Positions 28,583-39,152 are shown, counted from the first letter of the stretch. The stretch is DNA of 64,000 nucleotides from an uncultured Bacteroidota bacterium (GCA_963700635.1 CAVOYH010000002.1:160001-224000); one strand, 5' to 3'. Program-made: numbers and translations. The notes: a model not told the origin generated them from the sequence alone.

Positions 28583-30637
28583 ATGGACCTTTCTGTCATC
28601 ATCGTCAATTATAATGTCCGCCAGTTCCTGGAGAATTCCCTTGCTTCGATTCAACGGGCGATGGAGGGGATCAAGGGGGAGATCTTTGTGGTGGACAATG
28701 CGTCTGATGATGGCAGTGTGGAGATGGTACGGTCCGTCTTTCCGAATGTGCGTCTGATCGCCAACACAAAGAACGTGGGATTCGCAGCCGCAAACAATAT
28801 GGCCCTGCGGGAGGCCTCCGGGAGCGTATTCCTGCTGATCAACCCGGATACGATCGTCCAGGAAGATACGTTCAGGGTTATGCTCCGGTTTTTGCAGGAT
28901 CACCCTGCGGTGGGCCTGGCGGGGTGCAAGATATTAAATCCGGACGGATCCTTTCAGCTTCCGTGCAGGCGAAGTTTTCCCACCCCGTGGGTAGCATTCA
29001 CCAAGATCTTCGGGTTGAGCACTCTCTTTCCTAAGTCCAAGCTGTTCGGGAAGTACAACCTGACATATCTTGACCCTGATCAATCGTACGAAGTGGATGC
29101 GGTCAGCGGATCATTCATGATGATGACCCGGACCGCGTACACACAGGTGGGGGGGCTGGATGAAGCCTTTTTCATGTATGGCGAAGATCTGGACTGGTGC
29201 TACCGGGTGCGTCAGGCCGGATTTAAGGTGTTCTACGTTCATGCGACCCAGATCATCCATTTTAAGGGAGAAAGCACACGACGGAGCAACATTGACGAGG
29301 TACGGGTGTTTTACCGGGCCATGGAGCTCTTCGTGCAGAAACATTTCAGCCGTTCACGGCTGGGCGTCATGTTCCTGCGGCTGGGGATCTTCCTCAGGGG
29401 GGCAGCGGCCTGGTTGAGCCGGGGCCTACAGCCGCTCTCTTTCGTCCTTATTGACTTCTGCCTTGTCGCGGGTGCCATGATCCTCGCGGAATATCTGTAC
29501 TTTGGCAAGGTCTTTAAGTATCAGGCATATGCGTACCCGTTCGTGTGGACGGTTCCGGGTGCACTTGTTGTTGCAGTGGGAATGTTTTCCCGGTTGTACT
29601 CCACACATCGGTTTGGGGTCGCGCGGGCAGGATTGACGGTGATCATAAGTTATCTTGTGATTTCCGCAATTGTATTTTTTGCCAAGACCTTCGCATTCAG
29701 CAGAGCCGTGGTTCTGATTTCCGGACTGCTCACATTCATTTGCGTGCCCGGCTGGCGCATGCTGGTCAGGGCCTGGGGACGCAGGGCAGGAAAATCCCTG
29801 CACCGGACATCCCTGTTCGGGAGCCGTACGCTCATCGTCGGGGCCGGCACCCCGGGGCAAGAGGTATTACGGAAACTTCGCGCCCGTGTTGACGGGGGAT
29901 ACGATATTGTCGGCTTCATCGACACGAGCAACGTCCGCATCGGGGAGACTGTGGCAGGCGTGGAAGTTGTAGGCAACATCGAAAATGTGGGCAAGATCAT
30001 TGAGGAGCGGCGGATCACCGATGTCATTTTTTCTACAGACGAATTGCCATACACCACCATCCTCGCCGTTATCGCGAGGAGTAACCGGCGCACCGTAAAC
30101 TTCCGCCTGGTTCCCACAAGTCTTGAAGCGATTATCGGAAAGACAAAGATCGATGATCTCGATCCGTTGCCTCTTGTGCACATTGAACACAATATCCATC
30201 GCCCGTTTAACCGCGTGGCAAAACGTATTTTTGATATCCTCTTTTCTGCCCTGTTCATGTTGACATTGTATCCAATCGTGCGAATATTGCGGGGTCTCCA
30301 TCTGGTAGGGAGCTCAAGCCCCGGGCTGGAGTTCATCCGGCACTGTCCATCCGTTCTGGCGGGACGTATCAGTTTCGTCGGACTTCCCCTGCAGGCAGGG
30401 GATATGCGGAATGGCCGCGTGGGTGAATCGGGGATCGCGACAGATGGAGCAAACCCGGAGGCAGAAGGCCCGTATCTCGGTCCCCGGGGGGTGACGGGTC
30501 TGGTTCAGGTGAATCAAAGGACCGGACTTACCCGCGAAGAGCGGGAGAGGTACGAACTGTACTACGCAAAAAACCAGTCGCTGTTCCTGGATATCGAGAT
30601 TCTTGTGAAGGCGGCAATGCAATTGGTCAGACGATAG
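28583..30637 (+). CDS. Fusion: GT2 + TM/Rossmann region + degenerate bacterial sugar-transferase domain
   Basis: N-terminal [28 protein letters not shown]; four TM helices; IVGAG; C-terminal KRIFDI...GVTGLVQV...SLFLDIEIL. Confidence 0.85.
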   Translation: MDLSVIIVNYNVRQFLENSLASIQRAMEGIKGEIFVVDNASDDGSVEMVRSVFPNVRLIANTKNVGFAAANNMALREASGSVFLLINPDTIVQEDTFRVMLRFLQDHPAVGLAGCKILNPDGSFQLPCRRSFPTPWVAFTKIFGLSTLFPKSKLFGKYNLTYLDPDQSYEVDAVSGSFMMMTRTAYTQVGGLDEAFFMYGEDLDWCYRVRQAGFKVFYVHATQIIHFKGESTRRSNIDEVRVFYRAMELFVQKHFSRSRLGVMFLRLGIFLRGAAAWLSRGLQPLSFVLIDFCLVAGAMILAEYLYFGKVFKYQAYAYPFVWTVPGALVVAVGMFSRLYSTHRFGVARAGLTVIISYLVISAIVFFAKTFAFSRAVVLISGLLTFICVPGWRMLVRAWGRRAGKSLHRTSLFGSRTLIVGAGTPGQEVLRKLRARVDGGYDIVGFIDTSNVRIGETVAGVEVVGNIENVGKIIEERRITDVIFSTDELPYTTILAVIARSNRRTVNFRLVPTSLEAIIGKTKIDDLDPLPLVHIEHNIHRPFNRVAKRIFDILFSALFMLTLYPIVRILRGLHLVGSSSPGLEFIRHCPSVLAGRISFVGLPLQAGDMRNGRVGESGIATDGANPEAEGPYLGPRGVTGLVQVNQRTGLTREERERYELYYAKNQSLFLDIEILVKAAMQLVRR

Positions 30638-30647
30638 GAGAATTCTC

Positions 30648-31598
30648 ATGGCAAAAATGGTCCTGGATTTCGAGAAACCGATTCTCGAGCTGGAAAAGAA
30701 GGTTGAAGAAATGCAGCGGTATGCAGACAACCCGGATATCGCACTGGAGATCAGCCGGATTGAAAAACGCGTCCGTCAGTTACAACAGAGTGTGTATGCC
30801 GGTCTGACCCGCTGGCAGAAAGTACAGCTTGCCCGTCATGCCGATCGTCCGTATACGCTCGACTATCTTCATCTTATGACGACCGATTTTATCGAATTAC
30901 ACGGCGACAGGGCGTTCGGAGATGACAGAGCGGTCGTGGGTGGATTTGCGAAACTCGGCGATATTTCCGTGATGGTCATCGGCCAGCAGAAGGGGCGGGA
31001 TACAAAAGGTAATTTGTTCCGGAATTTTGGAATGCCAAATCCGGAGGGATACCGAAAAGCTCTGCGCTTGATGAAACTCGCCGAGAAATTCCAGAGACCC
31101 GTGCTCACCCTTCTGGATACACCGGGCGCATTCCCGGGGATTGAAGCCGAAGAGCGGGGCCAGGCCGAGGCCATCGCGCGAAATCTCTTTGAAATGGCCA
31201 GACTGAAGGTTCCGATCATCGTCACCATCATAGGCGAGGGAGCCTCGGGCGGCGCGCTCGGACTCGGAGTGGGTGATCGTCTCCTGATGCTGGAATACGC
31301 ATGGTACTCGGTCATTTCCCCTGAATCCTGCTCCAGCATCCTCTGGCGGAGTTGGAACTACAAGGAACAGGCGGCAGAGGCCCTGCAGCTTACCGCCCCG
31401 GATCTTAAGAAGCAGGGGATTGTCGATGTCATCGTTCCCGAACCACTGGGTGGTGCCCATCGTGACCACGAGCAGATGGCGACGATTCTGAGAGAGACAT
31501 TGCTTCAGGAACTCAAGCCGCTGATGAAAATGAAACCCGATAAACTGGTGGAACGACGCATCGAGAAATTCTCAAAAATGGGTGTTACCATCGGATAA
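30648..31598 (+). CDS. accA: Acetyl-CoA carboxylase carboxyltransferase alpha subunit
   Basis: [39 protein letters not shown]. Confidence 0.97.
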   Translation: MAKMVLDFEKPILELEKKVEEMQRYADNPDIALEISRIEKRVRQLQQSVYAGLTRWQKVQLARHADRPYTLDYLHLMTTDFIELHGDRAFGDDRAVVGGFAKLGDISVMVIGQQKGRDTKGNLFRNFGMPNPEGYRKALRLMKLAEKFQRPVLTLLDTPGAFPGIEAEERGQAEAIARNLFEMARLKVPIIVTIIGEGASGGALGLGVGDRLLMLEYAWYSVISPESCSSILWRSWNYKEQAAEALQLTAPDLKKQGIVDVIVPEPLGGAHRDHEQMATILRETLLQELKPLMKMKPDKLVERRIEKFSKMGVTIG

Positions 31599-31608
31599 AG
31601 GATTCCTA

Positions 31609-32037
31609 ATGCTCCGTCATGAAACCAGTCTGCGCGTCCGCTATGCCGATACGGATCAGATGCGGTATGCGTATTATGGTGTATACTTTGCATACTTCGA
31701 ACAGGGCCGGTCCGATCTCCTCCGCAGCATCGGGATGCCGTATCGCGTTCTGGAAGAGATGGGGTTTATCCTGCCCGTCATCGAAGCGCATGCCGAATAC
31801 AAACGCCCCGCGCACTACGATGATTTGTTGTACATCGTCACCGTGCTGAAAGACCGACCGATTGCACGCGTGCGGCTGGACTACGAAGTGTATAACGAAG
31901 ACCGCAGTGAGCGCATTGCGGAAGGATACACAATTCATAGTTTTGTCCATGCGCAGACCGGCAAGCCAACCCGGGCGCCCATCGCATTCCTTGATACAAT
32001 AGACACTGCGCTGTCCGGGCGGAACACGAAAGGATGA
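31609..32037 (+). CDS. Acyl-CoA thioesterase, YbgC/4HBT family
   Basis: RVRYADTDQM, YFEQGR, PAHYDD hotdog-fold motifs. Confidence 0.9.
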   Translation: MLRHETSLRVRYADTDQMRYAYYGVYFAYFEQGRSDLLRSIGMPYRVLEEMGFILPVIEAHAEYKRPAHYDDLLYIVTVLKDRPIARVRLDYEVYNEDRSERIAEGYTIHSFVHAQTGKPTRAPIAFLDTIDTALSGRNTKG

Positions 32038-32040
32038 TGT

Positions 32041-32208
32041 ATGCTGAAGAAGGAACTTCTGGACGTGCTCTGTTGCCCCAAGTGCAAGGCCACCCTGGAC
32101 TACAATCCTGATCAGCAGACGCTGCGGTGCACAACCTGTGGTACGCTCTATCCCGTGCGGAACAACATCCCGATCATGATTGTGGAGGACAACAAGGACC
32201 GTGTATGA
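32041..32208 (+). CDS. Trm112-like small zinc-ribbon protein (55 aa; absent from the ORF track)
   Basis: Manual translation MLKKELLDVLCCPKCKATLDYNPDQQTLRCTTCGTLYPVRNNIPIMIVEDNKDRV; stop overlaps the nadC start. Confidence 0.88.
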   Translation: MLKKELLDVLCCPKCKATLDYNPDQQTLRCTTCGTLYPVRNNIPIMIVEDNKDRV

Positions 32209-33055
32209 TCAGGACCGCATCGGGCGTATCATCGAGGATGCCCTCCGGGAAGACGTGGGGCTGGGTGATATTACAAGTGAATCCATCTTCGATGAACGTG
32301 CACAGGGGGTGGCCGAGTTTACCTGTAAAGGAACCGGCGTCGTTGCGGGTCTGGACGTTGCGGAAATGGTGGTGCACGTATGCGATCCGCATGCTCTTCT
32401 GGGGCAGGTGATTGAAGATGGGACTTCGGTGCGGCCCGGCGATGTACTCGCCGTTGTGCATGGCTCCATCAGGGGAATCCTGATGGCGGAACGAACCGCC
32501 CTGAACCTGCTGCAGAGGATGAGTGGCATCGCGACGGCCACACGGCGTTATGTGGACGTTGTCGCCGGAACCCGGGCCCGGATCACCGACACACGCAAGA
32601 CTGTTCCCGGGTTGCGGCCCCTGGACAAGATGGCCGTCCGAACGGGGGGGGGTGTGAATCATCGGTTCGGGTTGGATGATATGGTGCTGATCAAAGACAA
32701 CCATATCGCCGCCGCCGGGAGTATCACCGAAGCCGTCTCGCGGTGCCGGGCATATCTCGCTGCAAAACAGATTCAGCTGCCTATCGAGGTCGAAACCACC
32801 TCGCTGATACAGGTTCAGGAATCGCTCGGGGTCACCGGCATCAGCAGGATCATGCTGGACAATTTTCCGCTGCCTGTCATGCGTGAAGCGGTTCTGCTCA
32901 TCGGCCATCGGGTCGAGGTTGAGGCCTCCGGAGGCATCACGCTGGAAACGGTGCGCGCTGTGGCAGAAACCGGAGTCGATCTGATCTCCGTCGGCGCCCT
33001 CACCCATTCCGTCCGCGCGTTAGATATTTCTCTCGAACTTACACCACATGCTTGA
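32201..33055 (+). CDS. nadC: Quinolinate phosphoribosyltransferase (decarboxylating)
   Basis: EDVGLGDITS, ERTALN, DTRKT, LIKDNH, IMLDNF, EASGGI; GTG start. Confidence 0.96.
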   Translation: MYDQDRIGRIIEDALREDVGLGDITSESIFDERAQGVAEFTCKGTGVVAGLDVAEMVVHVCDPHALLGQVIEDGTSVRPGDVLAVVHGSIRGILMAERTALNLLQRMSGIATATRRYVDVVAGTRARITDTRKTVPGLRPLDKMAVRTGGGVNHRFGLDDMVLIKDNHIAAAGSITEAVSRCRAYLAAKQIQLPIEVETTSLIQVQESLGVTGISRIMLDNFPLPVMREAVLLIGHRVEVEASGGITLETVRAVAETGVDLISVGALTHSVRALDISLELTPHA

Positions 33056-34526
33056 AAAGATCAGGCGCCTTGGTTCGGATACCGCCGTCTACGGGATCAG
33101 CACGATCCTGGGCCGTTTCCTGACCTTTCTGCTTACGCCTCTCTACACCCACATCCTCTCTGCTGAAAATCTTGGCGTCGTCGCAACGGCGTATGCCTAC
33201 ATAGCCTTTCTGAACGTACTCTATGGTTACGGCATGGAAGGCGCGTACATGCGGTATGTCTCCACGGTCGAACTTGGGAACCGTAAGCAGGTGTTTACGG
33301 TTCCCTTTGTTTCCATCGGACTGAGTTCACTCCTGTTTTCAGCGATTATCGCCATCTACAGCCATCCCGTTGCGCTGCTGTCGGGGATCCCGCCCGAAAT
33401 GGAAAGTATTGTCCTGATGGGTGCGGGGATCCTGTTTCTGGACGCCCTGACCATCGTGCCGTTCGCATCGCTCCGGATGTCTTCGCAGGCGCGTGTGTTC
33501 GCCGCAGTGAAGATTACGAGTATCACGGTCAATGTTGTCTGTAACGTTGTGTTCCTCTTCGGATACGGGATGGGTGTGCAGGGCATTTTCCTGAGCGGCC
33601 TGCTCTCCTCGGCGGTTTCGCTGATTCTGCTGGTGCCCGTACTGGCACGCACGCTCGTCATTTCATGGCCGGCCGGGATTCTCCCGGCGCTTCTGAAATT
33701 CGGACTTCCTTCCGTTCCCGCAGGTATCGCGGGCATGATGTTACAGGTTATCAACCGCCCGATTCTTGCCGCCCTCCAGGGTGATGCCGCTGTGGGTGTG
33801 TTTCAGGCGAACTACCGGCTGGGCATCTTCATGATGTTACTTGTTTCGATGTTCGATTTTGCATGGCGGCCGTTCTTTCTGAACCATGCCCAGGACCCGG
33901 ACGCCCGTCCGCTGTACGCACGGGTGATGACGTATTTTGTCCTGATCACAACATCTGTGTTTCTCCTGTTAAGTCTTTTCCTTTATGATCTGATCCGCTG
34001 GCCGGTTTTTGGAGGGCATTCTCTGATCGCACCCCGGTTCTGGGAGGGTTTCGAGATCGTCCCCGTCATCCTCCTGGCGTACATCTTCCTGGGCATCTAC
34101 AACAATCTGATAGCCGGTATTTACATCGAAAAAAGGACGTCGCAGCTCCCGCTTGTTACGTTTACCGCTGCCGCGGTGCATGTTGCCGCCAACTTCCTCC
34201 TGATTCCTCCGCTCGGACTGATGGGTGCGGCGCTGGCCACACTGGTGAGTTATGTGGTGATGGCAGGTATGATGTACTTCATCGTTCAGCGTATCTATCC
34301 GATCACGTATGAACTTCGCCGTCTGGCGAAAATTGCCGGCGCTGCGGCCGTCGTATCTGTGCTTGCCTTCTTTGTGGGCGGCGGCCTCGTCGGCCTTCTT
34401 GTAAAGGCGGCCTTGCTCCTGCTGTTTTTCGCTCTGCTCGCAGCAATGCGGTTTTTTGAGCCGGGTGAATGGGAAGCCGCGCGAGGGCTGATCCGCCGTG
34501 TGCGTCTCGCACGTGGTTCGGGCTGA
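33048..34526 (+). CDS. Polysaccharide biosynthesis / flippase (MOP superfamily)
   Basis: D..VYG......R...FLL.PLYT N-terminus; many TM helices; N..LIP..G..GAA.ATL. Confidence 0.85.
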   Translation: MLEKIRRLGSDTAVYGISTILGRFLTFLLTPLYTHILSAENLGVVATAYAYIAFLNVLYGYGMEGAYMRYVSTVELGNRKQVFTVPFVSIGLSSLLFSAIIAIYSHPVALLSGIPPEMESIVLMGAGILFLDALTIVPFASLRMSSQARVFAAVKITSITVNVVCNVVFLFGYGMGVQGIFLSGLLSSAVSLILLVPVLARTLVISWPAGILPALLKFGLPSVPAGIAGMMLQVINRPILAALQGDAAVGVFQANYRLGIFMMLLVSMFDFAWRPFFLNHAQDPDARPLYARVMTYFVLITTSVFLLLSLFLYDLIRWPVFGGHSLIAPRFWEGFEIVPVILLAYIFLGIYNNLIAGIYIEKRTSQLPLVTFTAAAVHVAANFLLIPPLGLMGAALATLVSYVVMAGMMYFIVQRIYPITYELRRLAKIAGAAAVVSVLAFFVGGGLVGLLVKAALLLLFFALLAAMRFFEPGEWEAARGLIRRVRLARGSG

Positions 34527-34604
34527 TATGCGCAGGCGTTTCCCGGTAACGGCTTCCGGCAAGCGCATAGGATTTCCGTCCTGATTTTCGTAACTTTATC
34601 GATT

Positions 34605-35606
34605 ATGAAAAACGCAGACAATAAGAGTGAACCACTCGGCCCGATGACGGTTGGAGGGCAGGCAGTGATCGAAGGAGTGATGATGCGCGCGCCGGGGATG
34701 ATTGCCACCGCCGTTCGCAGGGCTGACGGGTCAATTACCCTGCGCAAAGAACCGTTTGTGCCTGTCATCAAACGATTCCCATGGCTGGCAGTCCCGGTAC
34801 TACGCGGTGCAGCGGGGATTGTGGAGATGCTGGTCATCGGAATCCGGACGCTCAATTTTTCCGCCGATCTTGCGATGGAGGATGCGCGTAAAGACGAACA
34901 GCCGGCAGCGCTCGAGGGAACCAGGGGCGAGCAATCAAACCTTGCGCTCGCCCTGACTGTAGCCGTCGCGTTCGCACTGGCAATTGGCCTCTTCTTCGTC
35001 GCTCCGCTTGTCCTGACTTCGTTCTTTTTTGATGTGGACCAGAACCCGGTCCTGTTTAATCTGCTGGCCGGAGGGGTACGGCTCACACTCTTCCTCCTCT
35101 ATCTCCTTGCCATTGCCCGTATTCCTGACGTTCAACGCTTGTTTGCTTACCATGGTGCCGAGCACAAGGCGGTGTTTACCTATGAAGGCGCAGCGGAGCT
35201 GACTGTTGCCGCAGCGCTGCCGCAGACACGATTTCATCCCCGGTGTGGGACGAGTTTCCTCCTCATTGTCATGGTTTCGGCGGTCCTCATCTTTGCCCTG
35301 CTCGATGGTTTGATGATCTTCTGGTTGGGAGATCTGACACTTGGGATGCGTCTGCTCACGCATCTGCCGCTTATCCCTCTGGTCGGAGGACTCTCCTACG
35401 AACTGATTCGATTCTCCTCACGCCATAGCGGTACATGGTGGGGCACACTGCTCATCGCACCCGGTCTCTGGCTGCAGTCAATCACGACACGTGAACCCGA
35501 TGAGGCACAGCTGGAGGTTGCGCTTGTTGCCCTGAAGAGTGCGCTGGAGACTCCGGAGCATGCTGCCCAACCAGCCTACACATCCTCTCTCGCCGGGGCC
35601 GCTTAA
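34605..35606 (+). CDS. DUF1385 membrane protein
   Basis: [38 protein letters not shown]. Confidence 0.9.
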   Translation: MKNADNKSEPLGPMTVGGQAVIEGVMMRAPGMIATAVRRADGSITLRKEPFVPVIKRFPWLAVPVLRGAAGIVEMLVIGIRTLNFSADLAMEDARKDEQPAALEGTRGEQSNLALALTVAVAFALAIGLFFVAPLVLTSFFFDVDQNPVLFNLLAGGVRLTLFLLYLLAIARIPDVQRLFAYHGAEHKAVFTYEGAAELTVAAALPQTRFHPRCGTSFLLIVMVSAVLIFALLDGLMIFWLGDLTLGMRLLTHLPLIPLVGGLSYELIRFSSRHSGTWWGTLLIAPGLWLQSITTREPDEAQLEVALVALKSALETPEHAAQPAYTSSLAGAA

Positions 35607-35607
35607 A

Positions 35608-36678
35608 ATGCGCGAACGCCTTGACCGGGTGCGAAACCGCTATGAGGAACTGACACGGTTGTTAAGCGATCCCGAGGTCGTCACGAACCAGGGCCGCCTG
35701 CGCGAGATCAGCAAGGAGCATAGCGATCTGACGCCTCTTATGAGAGCCTATGACCTGTATGTGAAGGCTCACAACGATCTCGCCGGACTCAAGGAGATCA
35801 CGGAAACCTCGTCGGATCCCGAGATGAAGCAGCTGGCCTACGCCGAGCTCGACGAGGTCAAAGACCGCGTGTCCAACCTGGAAGAAGAACTCAAACTGCT
35901 GCTTGTGCCCCGTGATCCCGACGACACCAGAAATGTCATCGTTGAGATACGGGCGGGTACGGGCGGTGAAGAGGCCGCCCTGTTTGCGTCTGACCTTTTC
36001 CGGATGTACTCACGGTTTGCAGAGAAAAGGGGATGGAAGCTCGAAGTCCTTGATGCCAGCGATACCGGGATGGGAGGGATCAAAGAGATTTCGTTCGGAT
36101 TAAGCGGCACCGATGTCTTTGCCTCGATGAAGTTCGAAAGTGGAGTGCACAGGGTGCAACGTGTGCCTGCAACGGAAGCACAGGGGCGGGTCCATACATC
36201 GGCTGCCACGGTTGCCATCCTTCCCGAAGTGGAACCCTTTGACGTGGACATAAATCCTGCAGATCTGGAAATGGACACGTTCCGGTCCGGCGGGAAAGGC
36301 GGACAAAACGTGAACAAGGTCGAAACCGCCGTACGGATCACGCACAAACCGTCCGGGATTATCGTGGCGTGCAGACAGGAACGCTCCCAGTTTCAAAACC
36401 GGGAACGCGCCATGAAGATGCTCAGGGCAAAGCTCTATGAGTCCGCGCTGGCGGCGCAGGTGGGAGACGTTGCAGCCCAGCGAAAGTTGATGGTCAAGAG
36501 GGGAGACAGAAGTGAAAAGATCCGGACATACAACTTCCCCCAGAACAGGGTCACGGATCACCGCATCGGATTAACCCTCTACAACCTCTCGGAGGTCATT
36601 ATGGGACGGCTGGACGAACTGGTCGAGCAGTTACAGGTGGCCGACCGGGCGGAGCGGCTGAGAGGATCGGAGCTCTGA
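35608..36678 (+). CDS. prfA: Peptide chain release factor 1
   Basis: [25 protein letters not shown] (PxT), [11 protein letters not shown]. Confidence 0.97.
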   Translation: MRERLDRVRNRYEELTRLLSDPEVVTNQGRLREISKEHSDLTPLMRAYDLYVKAHNDLAGLKEITETSSDPEMKQLAYAELDEVKDRVSNLEEELKLLLVPRDPDDTRNVIVEIRAGTGGEEAALFASDLFRMYSRFAEKRGWKLEVLDASDTGMGGIKEISFGLSGTDVFASMKFESGVHRVQRVPATEAQGRVHTSAATVAILPEVEPFDVDINPADLEMDTFRSGGKGGQNVNKVETAVRITHKPSGIIVACRQERSQFQNRERAMKMLRAKLYESALAAQVGDVAAQRKLMVKRGDRSEKIRTYNFPQNRVTDHRIGLTLYNLSEVIMGRLDELVEQLQVADRAERLRGSEL

Positions 36679-36680
36679 GA

Positions 36681-37199
36681 CTACACGTCCGTTCTGCTCC
36701 TGTTCATGCCGTTGCCGGGTTTTCCCACCGTCTTCCTGCGGACGCCCGAAAAGAACCCCTTTAGTATCTCCGCGCACAGTTTCTCCTCAACACCTCCCAC
36801 CAGCTCAACACGGTGATTAAGGCGGGCATCCTGGACGATGTTATACAGCGTGCCGCATGCACCCGCTTTCGGATCGTACGCCCCGAATACCAGAGTAGGG
36901 ACACGTGCAAGGACAATCGCTCCGGCACACATCGCACACGGTTCAAGGGTGACGTAGAGGACACAGTTTTCCAGACGCCGGCTTCCCAGATTTGTGGCAG
37001 CAGCCGTAATGGCAATCATTTCCGCGTGGGCTGTGGGATCCTGTAACGATTCAATCTGGTTGTATCCGCGTCCGACAATGCGGTTTTCGTGCACGATAAC
37101 CGCCCCGATAGGGACCTCCTTCCGGCGTAAGGCCTGTTCGGCTTCACGGATGGCAAATGCCATCCATCGCTCATGCACGGTGCCGGACTTTCCTACCAT
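36681..37199 (-). CDS. tadA: tRNA adenosine(34) deaminase TadA
   Basis: EVPIGAV, DPTAHAE, TLEPCAMC. Confidence 0.93.
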   Translation of the reverse strand: MVGKSGTVHERWMAFAIREAEQALRRKEVPIGAVIVHENRIVGRGYNQIESLQDPTAHAEMIAITAAATNLGSRRLENCVLYVTLEPCAMCAGAIVLARVPTLVFGAYDPKAGACGTLYNIVQDARLNHRVELVGGVEEKLCAEILKGFFSGVRRKTVGKPGNGMNRSRTDV

Positions 37200-37702
37200 T
37201 GTTCCTCATGCAGGCGGGCGGGGTTGTACCGGTCCTCCGGACCTTTTGTCTCCCCGGGGATTCCAATGGGGAGAATACAGAAAGGAAGAATGTGTTCGGG
37301 AAGGGTGATAACGTTTCGGACATCTGCTATGCGGGATTCCCGCGGATACACGCCCACCCATACACTGCCAAGCCCACAAGCATGTGCCGCGAGGAGCATG
37401 TTCTGTGCAGCTGCGGCACAATCCTGAGGCCAGTAGTCACGGTGCTTGACCAGGTTGATATCGGCACACACAAGAATGGCGACAGTGGCCTCCGCCACCA
37501 TCTCCGCATACGGATGTGCCTTGCTGAGGGCTGACAGCGTCCGTGGTTCTCGTATGATCACAAAATGCCACGGCTGCTCGTTTCCCGCGGAAGGAGCTGC
37601 CATTCCAGCTTTTACCAGAGTACGGACGACGGCATCGTCAACCGCTCCGGGTTCGTACCGGCGTATGCTCCGCCGGCCGTGTATGGCATCGAAGAGTTTC
37701 AT
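37193..37702 (-). CDS. Nitroreductase family protein
   Basis: RRSIRRY, APSAGNEQPW, QNMLLAA, GLGSVW. Confidence 0.93.
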   Translation of the reverse strand: MKLFDAIHGRRSIRRYEPGAVDDAVVRTLVKAGMAAPSAGNEQPWHFVIIREPRTLSALSKAHPYAEMVAEATVAILVCADINLVKHRDYWPQDCAAAAQNMLLAAHACGLGSVWVGVYPRESRIADVRNVITLPEHILPFCILPIGIPGETKGPEDRYNPARLHEEQW

Positions 37703-37708
37703 AGTTCA

Positions 37709-37737
37709 AGTATACGGAAGAGAGCGGACGTTGTCAA
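37709..37737 (-). promoter_or_regulatory. sigma70-type promoter TTGACA-N17-TATACT (minus strand), 6 nt before the nitroreductase ATG
   Basis: Forward tgtcaa 37732-37737 and agtata 37709-37714; 17 nt spacer. Confidence 0.7.
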
Positions 37738-37747
37738 TGTGAGTATA

Positions 37748-37776
37748 TTGCAGTCGAGGTGATTAAGCTGTATACT
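37748..37776 (+). promoter_or_regulatory. Divergent putative promoter TTGCAG-N17-TATACT
   Basis: ttgcag 37748-37753, tatact 37771-37776, upstream of ATG 37828. Confidence 0.5.
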
Positions 37777-37827
37777 AATGCGTACACAGACATCGTTTCC
37801 CCCGTTTCAGACACGACGGACTCAGCC

Positions 37828-38907
37828 ATGATACCGAACTCGCGTAGCAACTTTCTTTTCCTGATTCTCTCCCTTGTGATCGCAGGTTGTGCAACCGCGC
37901 CTCTAACGTACCGTGATGGCCGGCCGCTTCCGCTACACCGAATGAACGCGGTGGATCATGGCGTGGTCCTCCGTCACGGTGTTGGGCCAGACAGCTGTGA
38001 TGCTCTGGGTGCACGCGACGTCTGGGTGTTCGATACCGACGACACATTTGTTATGCACTATGACGGAGCCGGTCCGCGTGGATGGCTGGCCATTCGTGCT
38101 CAAAGTAAGGATCTGCTCCACTGGACGGTGGACGGTCCAGTTCTTGCATTTGGCAATGACGGAGAAGATGACTCAAGAAGTGCTACGTACGGGATAACGG
38201 CGTTCGACGGACAGTCATGGCATATGTTTTACCTGGGTGCCCGCAGAACATCACCCGCGCCGGATTTCGTGCCGGACTTCCCCTACGTTACGATGAAAGC
38301 CCGTGCAGATTCGCCGCTGGGTCCCTGGTTCAAGCAGCCCGCGGTCATCCCGTTCCGGCCTCAACCGGATACGTATTATTCAAACACGGCAAGCCCGGGT
38401 CAGATCATCTTCTACAAGAATGAATATCTGCAGTTCTTCAGCGCATCAATTGGCGACCTGCCGGTCAAGCGAACGCTGGGCATAGCAAGGACAAAAGATC
38501 TTGACAGCGCCTGGGTGATTGATCCGGAACCGATTCTGCCGCTGGAAGAACAGATTGAGAATTCGGCCCTTTACTTCGAAGAATCAAACAAACTCTGGTT
38601 TCTCTTCACCAATCATATCGGCTGGCAGGAAGGTCACGATGAGTACACGGATGCCATCTGGGTATACTGGTCACACGACCTGACCCGATGGAACCCGGCG
38701 CAGAAGGCGGTCGTGCTGGATGCGCGTAATTGTTCCTGGTCGAAACGAGTGATCGGGCTGCCGTCTGTTGTACGGTTTGGCTCCCGGTTGGCGGTATTCT
38801 ATGATGGCGTGGAGGGTACGGGGACGAGTCACATGCGGCGGGATATCGGGCTGGCCTGGCTCCGACTTCCTCTTCTCCCGCCGGTTCCGTTTGCGCCGGA
38901 ACGGTAA
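37828..38907 (+). CDS. Lipoprotein with five-bladed beta-propeller glycosidase-like fold (GH32/43/130-like)
   Basis: Lipobox VIAGC; repeated blade motifs (MHYDG...SKDLLHW, WHMFYLG, SHDLTRW, AVFYDG...RDIGLA). Confidence 0.6.
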   Translation: MIPNSRSNFLFLILSLVIAGCATAPLTYRDGRPLPLHRMNAVDHGVVLRHGVGPDSCDALGARDVWVFDTDDTFVMHYDGAGPRGWLAIRAQSKDLLHWTVDGPVLAFGNDGEDDSRSATYGITAFDGQSWHMFYLGARRTSPAPDFVPDFPYVTMKARADSPLGPWFKQPAVIPFRPQPDTYYSNTASPGQIIFYKNEYLQFFSASIGDLPVKRTLGIARTKDLDSAWVIDPEPILPLEEQIENSALYFEESNKLWFLFTNHIGWQEGHDEYTDAIWVYWSHDLTRWNPAQKAVVLDARNCSWSKRVIGLPSVVRFGSRLAVFYDGVEGTGTSHMRRDIGLAWLRLPLLPPVPFAPER

Positions 38908-38913
38908 AACGTC

Positions 38914-39141
38914 TCAGGCCTTGATATCTATTCCTTTGTTGCCAACGGGGGCCACAGAGTGACCGGCATTGTTGTATCCCGCCTCCTGGATCTGTTTTGC
39001 CTGCTCCATCAACAGCGCAACAAGTTGCTGGTCCTGCTGCATTCGCATCTTGATGAGCTTTACCCCCAACTCCTGGCTTGTACGTTCTGCCTGCATATTC
39101 ACCAATGTTGCGGCCGTCTGAACGGTTAGATCGTCTGCCAT
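38914..39141 (-). CDS. YjfB-like small protein ('putative motility protein' family)
   Basis: 75 aa, helical Q/M-rich body, C-terminal G.GIDIKA; strong SD AGGAGG 5 nt before ATG. Confidence 0.65.
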   Translation of the reverse strand: MADDLTVQTAATLVNMQAERTSQELGVKLIKMRMQQDQQLVALLMEQAKQIQEAGYNNAGHSVAPVGNKGIDIKA

Positions 39142-39152
39142 GTGGGCCTCCT

